Of a DNA stretch of 64,000 nt, positions 1-10,922 are shown in pieces. This stretch comes from Mytilus edulis. Lineage: Eukaryota. The stretch lies in contig NC_092344.1 in assembly GCF_963676685.1 (NCBI RefSeq), positions 100,068,001-100,132,000 of the forward strand, in the 5' to 3' direction. The position numbers and the translations under genes are program-made. Every line of letters starts with the position of its first letter. Positions within the stretch are counted from its first letter, which is position 1. The notes beneath the pieces are model-generated. The model did no database searches, had not been told where the DNA came from, and was given only the letters and a program-made list of their open reading frames with translations.

Positions 1-197
1 GCGGCTTCCTTTAAATCATACTTTGACAGATGGAAAGTCGGAAGAATACTGAAGTATTATATGAGGAATTCGCTCCACAACTCAGTAAAATATTCACCAC
101 AATAACAAAATATGGATATATTATTTAAAGTGTATGGATATTGTTTTTTACGGAAGCGTTTTAGCGCCACACTTTTTTTTTATATTTTTCTTCCTAT

Positions 198-572
198 CTT
201 CGCAAAGGTTTGCGTAATATCGCAAAGGTTTGCGTAATATCGCAAAGGTTTGCGTTATATCGCAAATGTTTGCGTTATATCGCAAAGGTTTGCGTTGTAA
301 CGCAAACCAAACCTTTTGCGTTGTAACGCAAACATTTGCGATATAACGCAAACCTTTGCGTCACAACGTACACCTTTGCGTTACAACGTAAACCTTTTGC
401 GGTATAACGCAAACCTTTGCGTACCTTTGCGTTATAACGCAAACCTATGCGAAATAACGCAAAGGCAAACCTTTGCGTTGTAACGCAAACCTTTGCGATA
501 AAACGCAAATCTTTGAGTTATAACGCAAACCTTTGCGAAATAACGCAAACCTTTGTGAAATAACGCAAACCT
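198..572. repeat. Array of ~20-bp self-complementary units (CGCAAA-NN-TTTGCG), orientation flips near 300
   Basis: GCAAAGGTTTGCGTAATATC x5, then GCAAACCTTTGCGTTATAAC-type units. Short related block at 5047-5096; duplicated at about 12061-12415 and 16888-16937. Confidence 0.85.
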
Positions 573-2471
573 CTTGATTTCAATTTTTCATTAAGTTTTG
601 TATGTATATGACCGACTGTCATTCATTTCGTTTGTGGTTTATTAGTAGGTTAAAAAAGAAACATACATCCATGCAAGGCCAAATTATTATATTAAAAATG
701 CATAAGAATAATGGAATACTTGAAGTTCAATTATACATAAATAAAAACTGATTTGTGCATAAAAAAAGTATATAATTTAACATGAAAATAGACGCTATAT
801 AGGCATATTTAAATTGAAAGATAATTCTTTTTTTTTTTTTTGAAGCAAGAAATCGTTTTTTAAAATCTCAGAATATGATAAAGATTCTTTGATAGAAAGT
901 CATTGAATTTTCATTTCAATATAGTGAAGTATTTTTAAGATGCTTGGCTAGTAATTTTAATGGAGAGAACATAATTTTATTAATAAAACATCTTCATTCT
1001 GTACATTTATTGTCAAAGGGTAGCTTGTTTAAATCTAACCAACTTTACACAGTTCTCAAACGGGATCTTACTGTGGAAGTATATTTATATTCGGTTAAAC
1101 AACTCGTCTAAACATCAACCCAACAATGTTAGATCTGTAAATTTGCTTTCGCAAATTTTTTGTTCTTCCCTCGCCGGGATTTGAACCCATGCTACTGAGA
1201 TATCGTGACACCATATCGCCTGCACTGTAGCCGTCCCGCTAGACCACACGACCACCTGGGCTTCATAAAAATGAAGCTTTCGGTGGCCGGGTGTTACCTT
1301 TCCACGTCAGTTTTAATCTAGCGTCGTACTACAGTACATGATATATAAGGCATGGAGATGTTATTTTTACAGATCAGATAAATTATCTATAGTAAAGGAT
1401 CCTACAAATTAATGTAAGATACAGTCACAGAAAATAATTATATTTATAAGTACGTCTGAGCAGACTTGGGGTAATTGTAATTGTAATCATTAATCAGCTG
1501 TAATTGATTACAATTTTTCAAGTAATCATTGTAATCATTAATCAACCAAAAATCTGATTACATGTAATTTAATTTAATCAATTACTTTTCAAAATACCCT
1601 GTAATCCTGATTACTTTTTGATTACATTCTGATTACAATGAAAAAAATCTTAAACTGTGTTTATGGTCAATAAATGAACAATTTTGTTATTCTTATTTAA
1701 TAAATATGTACATCTTAAGATAGTTTGGTTTACTTTATAAAGCATTGATTTGTATACTTCAGAAAAAATAAACTGTTACAGTATTGAAAAGTCATCATTA
1801 TATCATCAAAGTCATCAAAATATATTTTACTGGCCTTAGTAAAATATATTGTACATATATTCAAAATTTAAAGATTTACATATATAATATATATTTGATA
1901 ATAACTGTTATATTCAAGTAATATTATACTTTTCTTTAATCCTGAATTATGATCTTTTGTTAATATTGTGATTTTTGTCAACTTTGAATTGACAGGTAGG
2001 AAACCAATTAAGGTTTGTTTTTATTGCAATTTCCAATTGAGTATAGCTGTAGGACAATGTATATGATAAAAGATTAATCAGACATGTGAAAATTTATCAA
2101 ATTTTAAGTTGGACAAATATCTTGTTCAAGATAAGCAAATTTTTGTATTTTCTTAAATTGGACATGTAAAATGCAATGATTTATAGGACTTATATTTTGT
2201 TTACAATTTGATTAAACAATTCTATTAAAATTTTACATAGTTTTTAACTGGTAACTTTATTTCATCCATATTTTAACTTCCATAAACTGCACCTTGAAAT
2301 ACATATAAAGTCTCAAAGAGGTCAGAAGACAAACAGCAAACTCTAAATGCCATATTCAATTGAAGTCAAAATAATTAAGAGATCAATGCTGATAAAGTGT
2401 AATGGGTAATAACCAGTGACACAATGTTCATGTATGTATGTTGTGAACTTTTGTGGTTTATTAAATAGATA

Positions 2472-4075
2472 GCATTCAAAAAATCAGAATGTGAATATAT
2501 ATGTTCAAACTCTTTTAGGTCATTTTTTAGTAGCAATAAACAAAAAAAAACTATGTTAATTGGACATGCTTTGATACTATATATGCCCTTGAATTTTTAC
2601 TAGATAACATTTTTGTTCGCTTTGGGGATTCCGTATATCGTCAGATTATCGGAATTCCAATGGGGACTAACTGTGCACCACTTATTGCGGACCTGTTTTT
2701 GTATTGTTATGAGTTACAATTTATGACAAAAATAAGCAAAGACCCATCGAAACAACATCTGATAAACAAATTTAATAATACTTTTAGATATTTGGATGAT
2801 ATTTTGGCTCTCAATAATGACGACTTCAGTATGTATATTAATGAAATTTATCCTGTTGAACTTACTTTAAATAAAGCTAATACTAACAATGACCACTGCC
2901 CTTTTCTCGATCTTGATATCTATATCACTAATGGAAAGCTGAATACTAAAATTTATGATAAAAGGGATGATTTTTCATTTCCTATCGTTAATTATCCGTT
3001 TTTAGATGGTGACGTTCCCTTGTCACCATCTTACGGTGTTTATATATCTCAACTTGTACGATTCGCTCGTGTATGTAACAATGTTTTAGATTTTAACGAG
3101 AGAAATTTATGTATTACTGATAAATTATTACACCAGGGTTTTCGATATCACAAACTAGTCAAAACATTTACTAAATTTTATCATCGCTATAAAGACATCA
3201 TTCGTAAATATAGCTCAACATGCAGACTTCTAATACGTTCAGGTATTTCACATCCAATTTTTATGGTAATATTCTTTATAAAGCACAAAGGTGTCAGTAT
3301 TCACCTCAGAAACTTACAAAACCTTTGAATAAACTTATTAAGAAGGGATATAATTACGATACTGTTGTCAAGTCATTAAAGATTGCATATTTTGGCGTTA
3401 ATATTGAGTCACTGATAAGGTCTTTGCATCGGAACTAAACACATTATTTTTTAAAAACAGTTGTTGGCATGACACGGGTTATGTTCTTCTCATATATGTT
3501 ATGATGGTATGATGCTAAACCCCTAACGGGAAGGATTGTGCCTGATGTTCATATGATGAAATCATAATCTTTCAGTCAGTTTAATTGAAGTCTGGAGCTG
3601 GCATGTCAGTTAACTGCTAGTAGTCTGTTGTTATTTATGTAGTATTGTCATTTTGTTTATTTTCTTTGGTTACATCTTCTGACATCAGACTCGGATTTCT
3701 CTTGAACTGAATTTTAATGTGCGTATTGTTATGCGTTTACTTTACTACATTGGTTAGAGGTATAGGGGGAGGGTTGAGATCTCACAAACATGTTTAACCC
3801 CGCTGCATTTTTGCGCCTGTCCCAAGTCAGGAGCCTCTGGCCTTTGTTAGTCTTGTATTATTTTAATTTTAGTTTCTTGTGTACAATTTGGAAATTAGTA
3901 TGGCGTTCATTATCACTGGACTAGTATATATTTGTTTAGGGGCCAGCTGAAGGACGCCTCCGGGTGCGGGAATTTCTCGCTACATTGAAGACCTGTTGGT
4001 GACCCTCTGCTGTTGTTTTTTATTTGGTCGGGTTGTTGTCTCTTTGACACATTCCCCATTTCCATTCTCAATTTT
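2472..4075 (+). mobile_element. 5'-truncated Penelope-like retroelement (Naiad-type RT), frameshifted
   Basis: RT motifs YRQIIGIPMGTNCAPLIADLFL, FRYLDD, FLDL, YDKRDDF. A 1-bp deletion in the T-run near 3258 splits ORFs 2660-3328 and 3220-3438. The ORF ends SLHRN* with no C-terminal GIY-YIG. The 3' UTR matches 52059-52697. Confidence 0.85.
3490..3556 (+). promoter_or_regulatory. Type II SECIS-like hairpin in retroelement 3' UTR
   Basis: Helix I TCATAT/ATATGA; core ATGAT (3501)...TGAT (3543); 11-bp helix II GGTATGATGCT/AGGATTGTGCC; unpaired AAA (3517-3519); mini-stem CCC-TAAC-GGG. About 50 nt after the stop codon. Confidence 0.75.
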
Positions 4076-4657
4076 AAGTTTGAAGTTATTATTTTCTAAT
4101 ATATATATAAAACAAAATCTTTTCTAAAAAGTGCTTTAGTTGTATCAAATTCATTCATATCATTCAAAATGTTTGTTCTTTTTAAATTCATTGTAATCAG
4201 ATGTAATCATGATTACTTTGCTAATGTAATCATTAATTTAATCAGACACTTTCAGAAATGATGTGATCATAAATTTAATTCAATCGTACAAATGACAAAG
4301 TAATTGTAATTTAATCAATTACATTGAAAGTAATCGGACCCATCTCTGCGTCTGAGCCAGTGACAACTCTACAACAGATTTATATTCGGTTATAGCTATA
4401 TTAGCAGGGTTGATTTTGTTTCTTCGGCATAATCTCAATTTACTCAATTTTCTTTGTAATATATATAAAAGTAACATGGATATCGTTTTTTGGTGGCCTT
4501 TACAGTTGCTGTTGGGTGTGAGCAATTTAATGCTCCGTGTTGAAGACAGTACTTGATGGTCTATGATGGTTTACTTTTACGAATAGTGACTTAGATGGAG
4601 AGTTTTCTTATTGGCACTCATACCACATCGTCTTATATTATTCTGCTCATTATTAGT

Positions 4658-4812
4658 TAAGGAATGACTGTAATATATTTTCTGTCTATTCAAAATAATA
4701 TAAAAAATGTGGTGCACACTGAATAACGCGCGTAGCGGGTTATTTAACAGTGTGCACCACATTTTTTAATGCTATTTTGAATAGACAGAAAAAATATTAC
4801 AGTCATTTCTTA
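4658..4812. repeat. ~155-bp near-perfect palindrome (duplicate 16499-16653)
   Basis: Arms TAAGGAATGACTGTAAT...GTGGTGCACACTG / CAGTGTGCACCAC...ATTACAGTCATTTCTTA around a short GC-rich loop. Confidence 0.85.
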
Positions 4813-5789
4813 TAATTTAATTCTAAATTCCATTTTAAACCGTAGAAAACCATGAAAAAACGTTGATGACGTCACGGTCACATGACTAAATTATGTCTAG
4901 GGGCTGATAACAAAATAACGTCAGCCAATCAGAAGACGCGTTACATCCAAAATTAAATTATTAAATGATTTGTTCTAATTATTCAAGCATTTTACTTTGC
5001 AATGACTACAAAGGTGATAAATTTTAATATATTCAGCCTCCTCCACATATCGCAAATGTTTGCGTTATAACGCAAAGGTTTGCGTTATTTCGCATAAGAA
5101 CGTTTCTAAAGTATTTTATTGTATTTTTGTGGCAAAAACTAAAATGACTAATTTTGTTTGTATACTCACGTATTTTGTATGCCTTTATCAGTAATATACA
5201 ATTTAGACTTTATTTTTTTCTTTATCATCAAAGTTGAAAATCTATATGTTATTTCTATTATCATTATGGAAAATATACCTACATGCAGACGGAAATATCC
5301 AACCAAAAATCTTCCCGAGTGACTGCATTTTGACTGAAAGAAATGTCGTTTGTTTTCTCACCTAATTCTTACACGATATATTCTATAATTCACACACTAA
5401 GTGCAATCTAATGTTATTGGTCCAATGTTTTTTCCCTTCTAACATGAAAACAAACTTTATTTTAAACACAACTTTACAGTCCCACTCATATTTTGTTTCT
5501 TGTTTTTATTGGTATTAATTGATTTAGATGTAGTAGATATGTTTAGTCATGCATGATTTGTTTTGGGAAATTCCTATTTATCTATTTTTTGCATGTATAC
5601 GCTCTTTAGATGGTAAAACTAGCCTATGCTCTACGTATCTTTTTTTGTGCTTTGAAACTTTTGTTAGGGTATTTTTTTTAGTGATAATTAGGAAGGTCTG
5701 GTGGGTTGTTTATTCCAAGTATCGACTCTGTGGTGATTATTTTCGCCTTGTTAGATTTTCGATTGTGTGCATGTAGTTTGGAGTATCGA

Positions 5790-6260
5790 ACTCACCGTAC
5801 AATATGACTCTTACGATTCTTTTAAGAATTCTCTTAGTAAAAATCGTTTAACTTTTGCTAAGAATAAAAAACTAAAAAAGGATTTCATAAAATTTTGGGA
5901 GAATTCCATTTCAAAAAGTATTAATGATAAAAGAGGAAACAAATTAAGGACTTTCAAGGATTTGAAATCGTTTGATATGGAGAACTTTTTAAAATTAGAT
6001 ATAGACAGAGCTAATATTTCAAACTTTATAAGAATAAGGATAAGTAATAGTATTCTTATGATTGGGAAAGGCAGACATAAAAAGATTGATTTAGAAAACA
6101 GATTATGCCCCGTTGTAAATTTGAAGATGAACTACACTTTACCTTAAAATGTGCCAAACTGAATGAATTGAGGAATAAATTTTTCCTGAATATTTCGGAT
6201 ATTTTACCATCTTTCAATAATCTTTCAGACATGGAAAAATTCTATTTCATGATTTCGAAG
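5790..6260 (+). mobile_element. Decayed CR1/L2-group LINE ORF2 C-terminus (duplicate ~22954-23424)
   Basis: KLRTFK...RIRISNS.L.I.KGRH...RLCP followed by frameshifted EDELHF.L.C zinc-finger motif. Confidence 0.7.
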
Positions 6261-6304
6261 TAATGAATCAATGTTAATACCAAAATATGCTATCTTTAAT
6301 TACA

Positions 6305-6745
6305 TTACAACAGTATCGTAACTATATCCTTTCTGAATAAGTCTGTTTAAAGGATGGTTAGCTTTTGAGGTGAATGCCAATATTTTTGTGCTTTCGGTAA
6401 AGAATATTACCATAAAAGATTTTGATGTAAAAATGTCCTTGTAAAATCTAATAAATGTTTTACCACTGGTTTGTGATATCGAAAACCTTGGTGTTATAAT
6501 TATTCAGTAATACAGAAATGGGTCACCTTCTAAAAATGGATGATTAACAATAGGAAATGAAAAGTCATATCATTAATTTCGGTATTATGCTTCCCGCTAA
6601 AGATGTGTCAGATGTTGTTTCGATGGGTCTTTGCCGATTTTAGTCTTAAATTGTAACTCATAACAATAAGGAAACGGGTCCGCAATAAGTGGTTCACAAT
6701 CAGCTCCCATTGGAATTCCGAAAACTTGGCGATATATTATAGGAA
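6305..6745 (-). mobile_element. Old degraded Penelope-like (Naiad-type) RT fragments (duplicate ~23469-23909)
   Basis: Minus strand reads YRQVFGIPMGADCEPLIADPFPYCYELQF (about 6740-6650). 6305-6420 resembles the reverse complement of the ORF 3' end at 3260-3370. Confidence 0.7.
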
Positions 6746-6970
6746 TCGACCATTTATGGCCGTGTTTTTGGATGCGGATATTTGCTGAAGTGATTGGTAA
6801 TGTGCTTTTCTTGATTGAGTTACTTTTTTGTAAACTCTATTAAAACCAAAATTTATAAAGCTCACTATAGCTTGTGTTTATCATAGTGTAGTTTATTGAA
6901 TATTGACTTTCATGTAATAAAATTTTGAATCTTGAAACTTAATCTTGAAAATTTAAACTTTAAAAGTTAA

Positions 6971-7536
6971 GTAGGCTCGCGGGTATAAGATTTTCAGAAA
7001 AAAATTAAATATTAATTTTTCATTACAAATTTTATTTATTACCTTAAGTAATTGTTACTATATGGTACAAAACTCATTCCAAAAAATCAATTCGTGTTGG
7101 CCCCAGGTGACTTTTAAAATGTAGATATCATTGAAAAAGCTCCAAATTACCTCCCTTTGGTGCAAAAATGCCATTTTTTAGCATTCAAATTGAAATATCT
7201 TTTTAACTCATCGGTGACCTATATTTTTTATTGTTGTTTTCGAATAAGCTGTACATAAACTAAATAACTGTAAAATTTAAGCGATTTCTGTAATTTAGTT
7301 CTTTTTTTATTTCGATATATTACTGCTATTTCTCCTATTAGTTCAACAGAAAAAAGGACATTAACAAAAATGTATGCTTCTTTCAAAGGCAGATTGTGAG
7401 CGTAAATGAACGGTGACCCCATTTTTTTATTTCATTTTTCTATTAAGTATAAGATAAAGTTCATTTATATAGAAAAATATGGAGAAATCCTATATTAAAT
7501 AAAAAAAAAATTGATTTAGCGGACCCGCGAGCCCCC
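6971..7536. mobile_element. Kolobok-like MITE (duplicate 24135-24700)
   Basis: TTAA on both sides; TIR G(T/G)(A/G)GGCTCGCGGGT; same family as 45425-46377. Confidence 0.8.
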
Positions 7537-7807
7537 TTAAGTACTGAGAGATGTTTAATAAAAAAATAATAAGATTGTTTATTGTTTTGTTTGTGGTTTC
7601 CGAATATGTGAGTTGCAAGAGCTTAAGCAGAGTTCCATTTGGTTCATATTATCACTTTATTTCATGATTACTTTGTGTACGTATTATGTGTATATATATT
7701 GTGTATTTCACTAAAAACTTGTTTTATAATAATCATTGTATTATGATGTGTATGTATCTTTCCGAAAAGGGGCCCATCATGGATTGGTCTGAAAATAATG
7801 CCTAATT

Positions 7808-8080
7808 AGGGTTCAATCTCTTGTTAGGTCAAACGAAAAACTTTATAAAAAAACATTTCCTGCTGCTCCACCGAAAACAAGACAGTAAGAAAAGACTAGT
7901 TGGCTAGGAGTCAGAATAATGTTGAGACTTCGTGTTACTCCCTGGCTAAAAAATGGTCCCAGTGTGTCAGTCTAGTACAAAGCAGGTTCATATTTATAAT
8001 GATTTTCTGTGTTTTCATGTACGCCATGTTATATTTGCCACTTCACATTAAACATCTATCAACCTCAATTAAACATCAAA
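7808..8080 (+). mobile_element. Decayed tRNA-derived SINE (Meta/RUDI-like), 5'-truncated at the duplication junction
   Basis: Starts at B-box-like GGGTTCAATC, then GGTCAAAC...TGCTGCT...AAAGACTAGTTGGCTAGGAGTCAGAATAATGT, resembling the bivalve Meta-SINE core from memory. Confidence 0.5.
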
Positions 8081-8481
8081 CAAGCGTCCTGTAATATCTT
8101 TAATGTATTTAGGTGTTTTTATTAAAAGTAAAGGTAGATATACAGTGTGTGCACTGCGTACTAGTTTCCTTTTTAAAATAGGAACAGTCAGTGTTAAGTG
8201 AGATCAAGTCCGAAAAAAATGGTATTTTAAGATTGAACTAGTGACATCAATGATAAATAATGCAAGATAGATGAAAGACTGAAGTGTAAGTAAGAAATTT
8301 ATCCTGATTACCCTAATTTCTTAGCCAGTAGGTTCAAAGGAAATTCGTGTCTTATTTTGCCATACTACCTAGTGGCAATGAAACGTTTTACACTTCAACA
8401 TATGCTATTCACTCATGCCTGACTTGTGTATATTAACTGGTGACTCTATGGTAGATGAAATTACTAGTAAGCTTCTTCATT

Positions 8482-10922
8482 TTATTGATATCTTATTACA
8501 AATATTGATATTACAACCATAACCATTGACCAGTCCTGACAAGTATTCATTGCTCCATTTTCTATGAGGGATTCCCAGAAATGGATAAATTCTTTTTGTG
8601 ATGTAGATCTATCTGAAGAGAGACAAGAATTAGTTTGTTCTTCATGATTGTATAGGTATATGAGTGTAAATATTCTTTTGTTGCCTTTAAAAAAGAAAAA
8701 CTCAGCACTTCTCTAGTAAAATACTTTTTGGCTTTTCACTTTCTCCAGTGTTAACTTCTGTGGATTTTTTTATAATTATTTTTGACATTCAAATTCTTTT
8801 TAAAATATTGTTCATAACTGTTGTATAGATAATGGTTATAATATTGGTGTTAAAGTTAACTAGGTGCATTGTTCAGAATTCATGCTTACGACATGTTTCA
8901 TCATAGTGATATTTGGCATAGATATTGGTTGTTTGTTGCTTTTTTGTCAGTTGTTGTCTCCGATACATTTTCGCTTTACATTCTCAGAATCTATACACCG
9001 CTCAACTGCATGCAGTTTGGTAATGTTCTAGTGACTTTATAATTTAAATGGTGAGTTTACTGATTGGGTAGATTAATGAGGATTGACTGGGTTTTTTTTT
9101 TCTTTATTTCCAGTGGCAAATATTTCAAGATAAATATTTGTAACCAGTTACATATACTGTTGATACATGCTATGATTATGCATAAGTATTCGTGTACCTA
9201 AGATTCAAGGACTACTCTTATCTCGATATCGAAGGGAATTTAGAATATTTATTTTGTTGAAATGTTTTTTTTTTTTATTTATGCATGTTTGATATATTTT
9301 GTATGCCTTTGCTAAAGATTTTTTTCAGAACAGTTTCAATTTCAATGTAAAGACGTCAGTCTTACTTCGCTGACTTTGGACTGTATGTTTTAATCAAAAT
9401 GTTAGTTTCTTATGCGAGTTTATAGAAAAGATCCTTATACAAGACCATTTATATTTGGTTATCTTTTTAATAGGCATTCTTCCATTCTATTTCCACGCTC
9501 CCTTGGTCAATTATTTTAAAATGCTAGACATTTGTTCAAATATTACGATCTCTGACTAGACATGTTGTAAAACAACAGTGTATTTTGCCATTGTGATTTG
9601 GTTAGCATCCCTTCACCTTTTTTCTTATATGTGTTTGTTTTGGGGTTTTGTTTCGTCTTTTTTAACAAACAATTCATACCGTGTTCTTGGCATGTCATTA
9701 TGGAATTCATCTGTTCAAAGACAGTATTCATCATATCCGTCACAACATCTACAGACGACTGTCCACACGAGTCACTTACAGACTTCTGCATACACTGGTA
9801 AGAACCAAGAAGTATTCTGAAACAGTAACATCACAATATTACATCCTCGAATAACTATCAAACTAGGATGAAAAACCGTGTCCTGCATTTATTTAAGTTT
9901 TTATCTCTGTCTTGACTTTTTATTTTTCACTCTACTCGGTCCTGACTACTTTTTATAGTTTATCCTGACTGTTTTACATACATTGTTATCCTGTCCTAGA
10001 CCCCCCCCCCCCTAAAATCAAATCCCTTACTTGCACCATTTTTGTTTAACTTGATCTGTGTACGCATCATCTAACATGGATATTTGTTCAAGTTGGCTCT
10101 TGACAGTTTCAACATGGTCCTTGTAACAAGCATTAGATCTTTTCTGTACCTCTGGTTTTCTCCAACAAGCATCATGTAGAACCATATCTACAAAATACAC
10201 TTTTAACATTAGGAACTCAATTGTTTGTCTTATTTTTTGGTTAAAAACGATAATGCTTATATGTTCATTTACTATTTGGGTTTCTTTACTGTGGCAATAT
10301 CCGAAGGCTGTTTGTCCTAGCCCTTCAATGTGTTTACGAAGAAACACCAAATCCTACAATATTTTGTATATTAGTTGGTATCTGTAGCATGATTTGCTGT
10401 ACAACTTGAGCTTAGGTTTTTTATATAGATCATTATAATATTGCTCACGTTGTATACATTTCTTAGTCTGCTTGTAACGTATTGTGTGCCTTGTGTTTGT
10501 ATAGTTTTTCAATAGGAGGACCTTTTATATATCACTAATAGTATACGGTATGGGTTTAATCATTTGTGAAGGAGACGATGACCTGTATAATGTTAACATC
10601 TTCATACTTTTGGTATATGGATCGCCGGTTGTCTCATGTCGGATATGATGATCTCTCATAGCAATCATGACACATTCTTTTTTTTCATATACTGAAAAAG
10701 GCATCTTGTTTAATGTCCTCCGTGGCCAGATAAATGTAAAAAAAAATGATGTACCGTTGTCGTTGTTTATTCATTTATCTAACTTATTGTATACCTGAAA
10801 ACCCAGACGTGCATATAAAGTTGACTGTTTTCAGTGTCGTCGCAAAAGTAGATGCATACATCAAGTCATCTGAACATTTCGATAACTTGGGCGTGTAACA
10901 GCTCTTGAATTCTCCTCTGTAT
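8482..10922 (-). pseudogene. Gene or pseudogene for a Cys-rich helical protein with a C-terminal GPI-anchor-like signal (3' exons 10922-10795, 10187-10031, 9816-9680, 8612-8482); 5' end unresolved or degenerate
   Basis: Four exons join in frame through canonical AG/GT sites (phases 1,2,1), giving YRGEFKSCYTPKLSKC...NFICTSGFSDMVLHDACW...QKWCKILLGSYQCMQKSVSDSCG...IMTCQEHDRS...ENGAMNTCQDWSMVMVVISIFVIRYQ*. TACTAAC branch point upstream of the 10922 acceptor. The upstream candidate exon (11033-11200) has stops in the needed frame. Confidence 0.6.

Larger units (their letters stand above)
1461..4348. mobile_element. Non-autonomous hAT-like DNA transposon hosting the Penelope-like insertion (duplicate 13304-16191)
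   Basis: 8-bp TSD CGTCTGAG (1453-1460, 4349-4356); imperfect TIR CAGACTTGGG/CAGAGATGGG; subterminal GTAATC/GATTAC repeats at both ends. Confidence 0.85.
1098..4377 (-). mobile_element. Element with internal tRNA-like (A/B box) region, interrupted by a hAT MITE (duplicate 12941-16220)
   Basis: Flanked by the 15-bp direct repeat ATTTATATTCGGTTA (1083-1097, 4378-4392). A-box TGGTCGTGTGG (1254-1244) and B-box GGTTCAAATCC (1187-1177) on the minus strand. Confidence 0.6.
1..7806 (+). repeat. Segmental duplication, copy 1 (starts before the window)
   Basis: Near-identical to 11864-24970 apart from the LTR insertion. Offsets are 11863, 11843, 11841, then 17164 after the insertion. Identity stops after ...AATGCCTAAT. 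Confidence 0.97.

Noticed and set aside
148-508. Short ORFs with ALRYNAK-like repeats (also 12011-12351)
   Set aside because: Translations of the palindromic minisatellite; no sign of coding function.
198-572. CRISPR-like appearance of regularly repeated palindromes
   Set aside because: No unique spacers, no cas genes, eukaryotic context.
1166-1261. Possible genuine tRNA gene
   Set aside because: A and B boxes are present, but the acceptor stem does not pair and no clear anticodon arm is seen; it lies inside a repeat-like element.
3531-3570. Hammerhead-like CTGATG...GAAA core
   Set aside because: Reads CTGATGT rather than CUGANGA, no stem III or cleavage triplet is evident, and the same bases are better explained by the SECIS fold.
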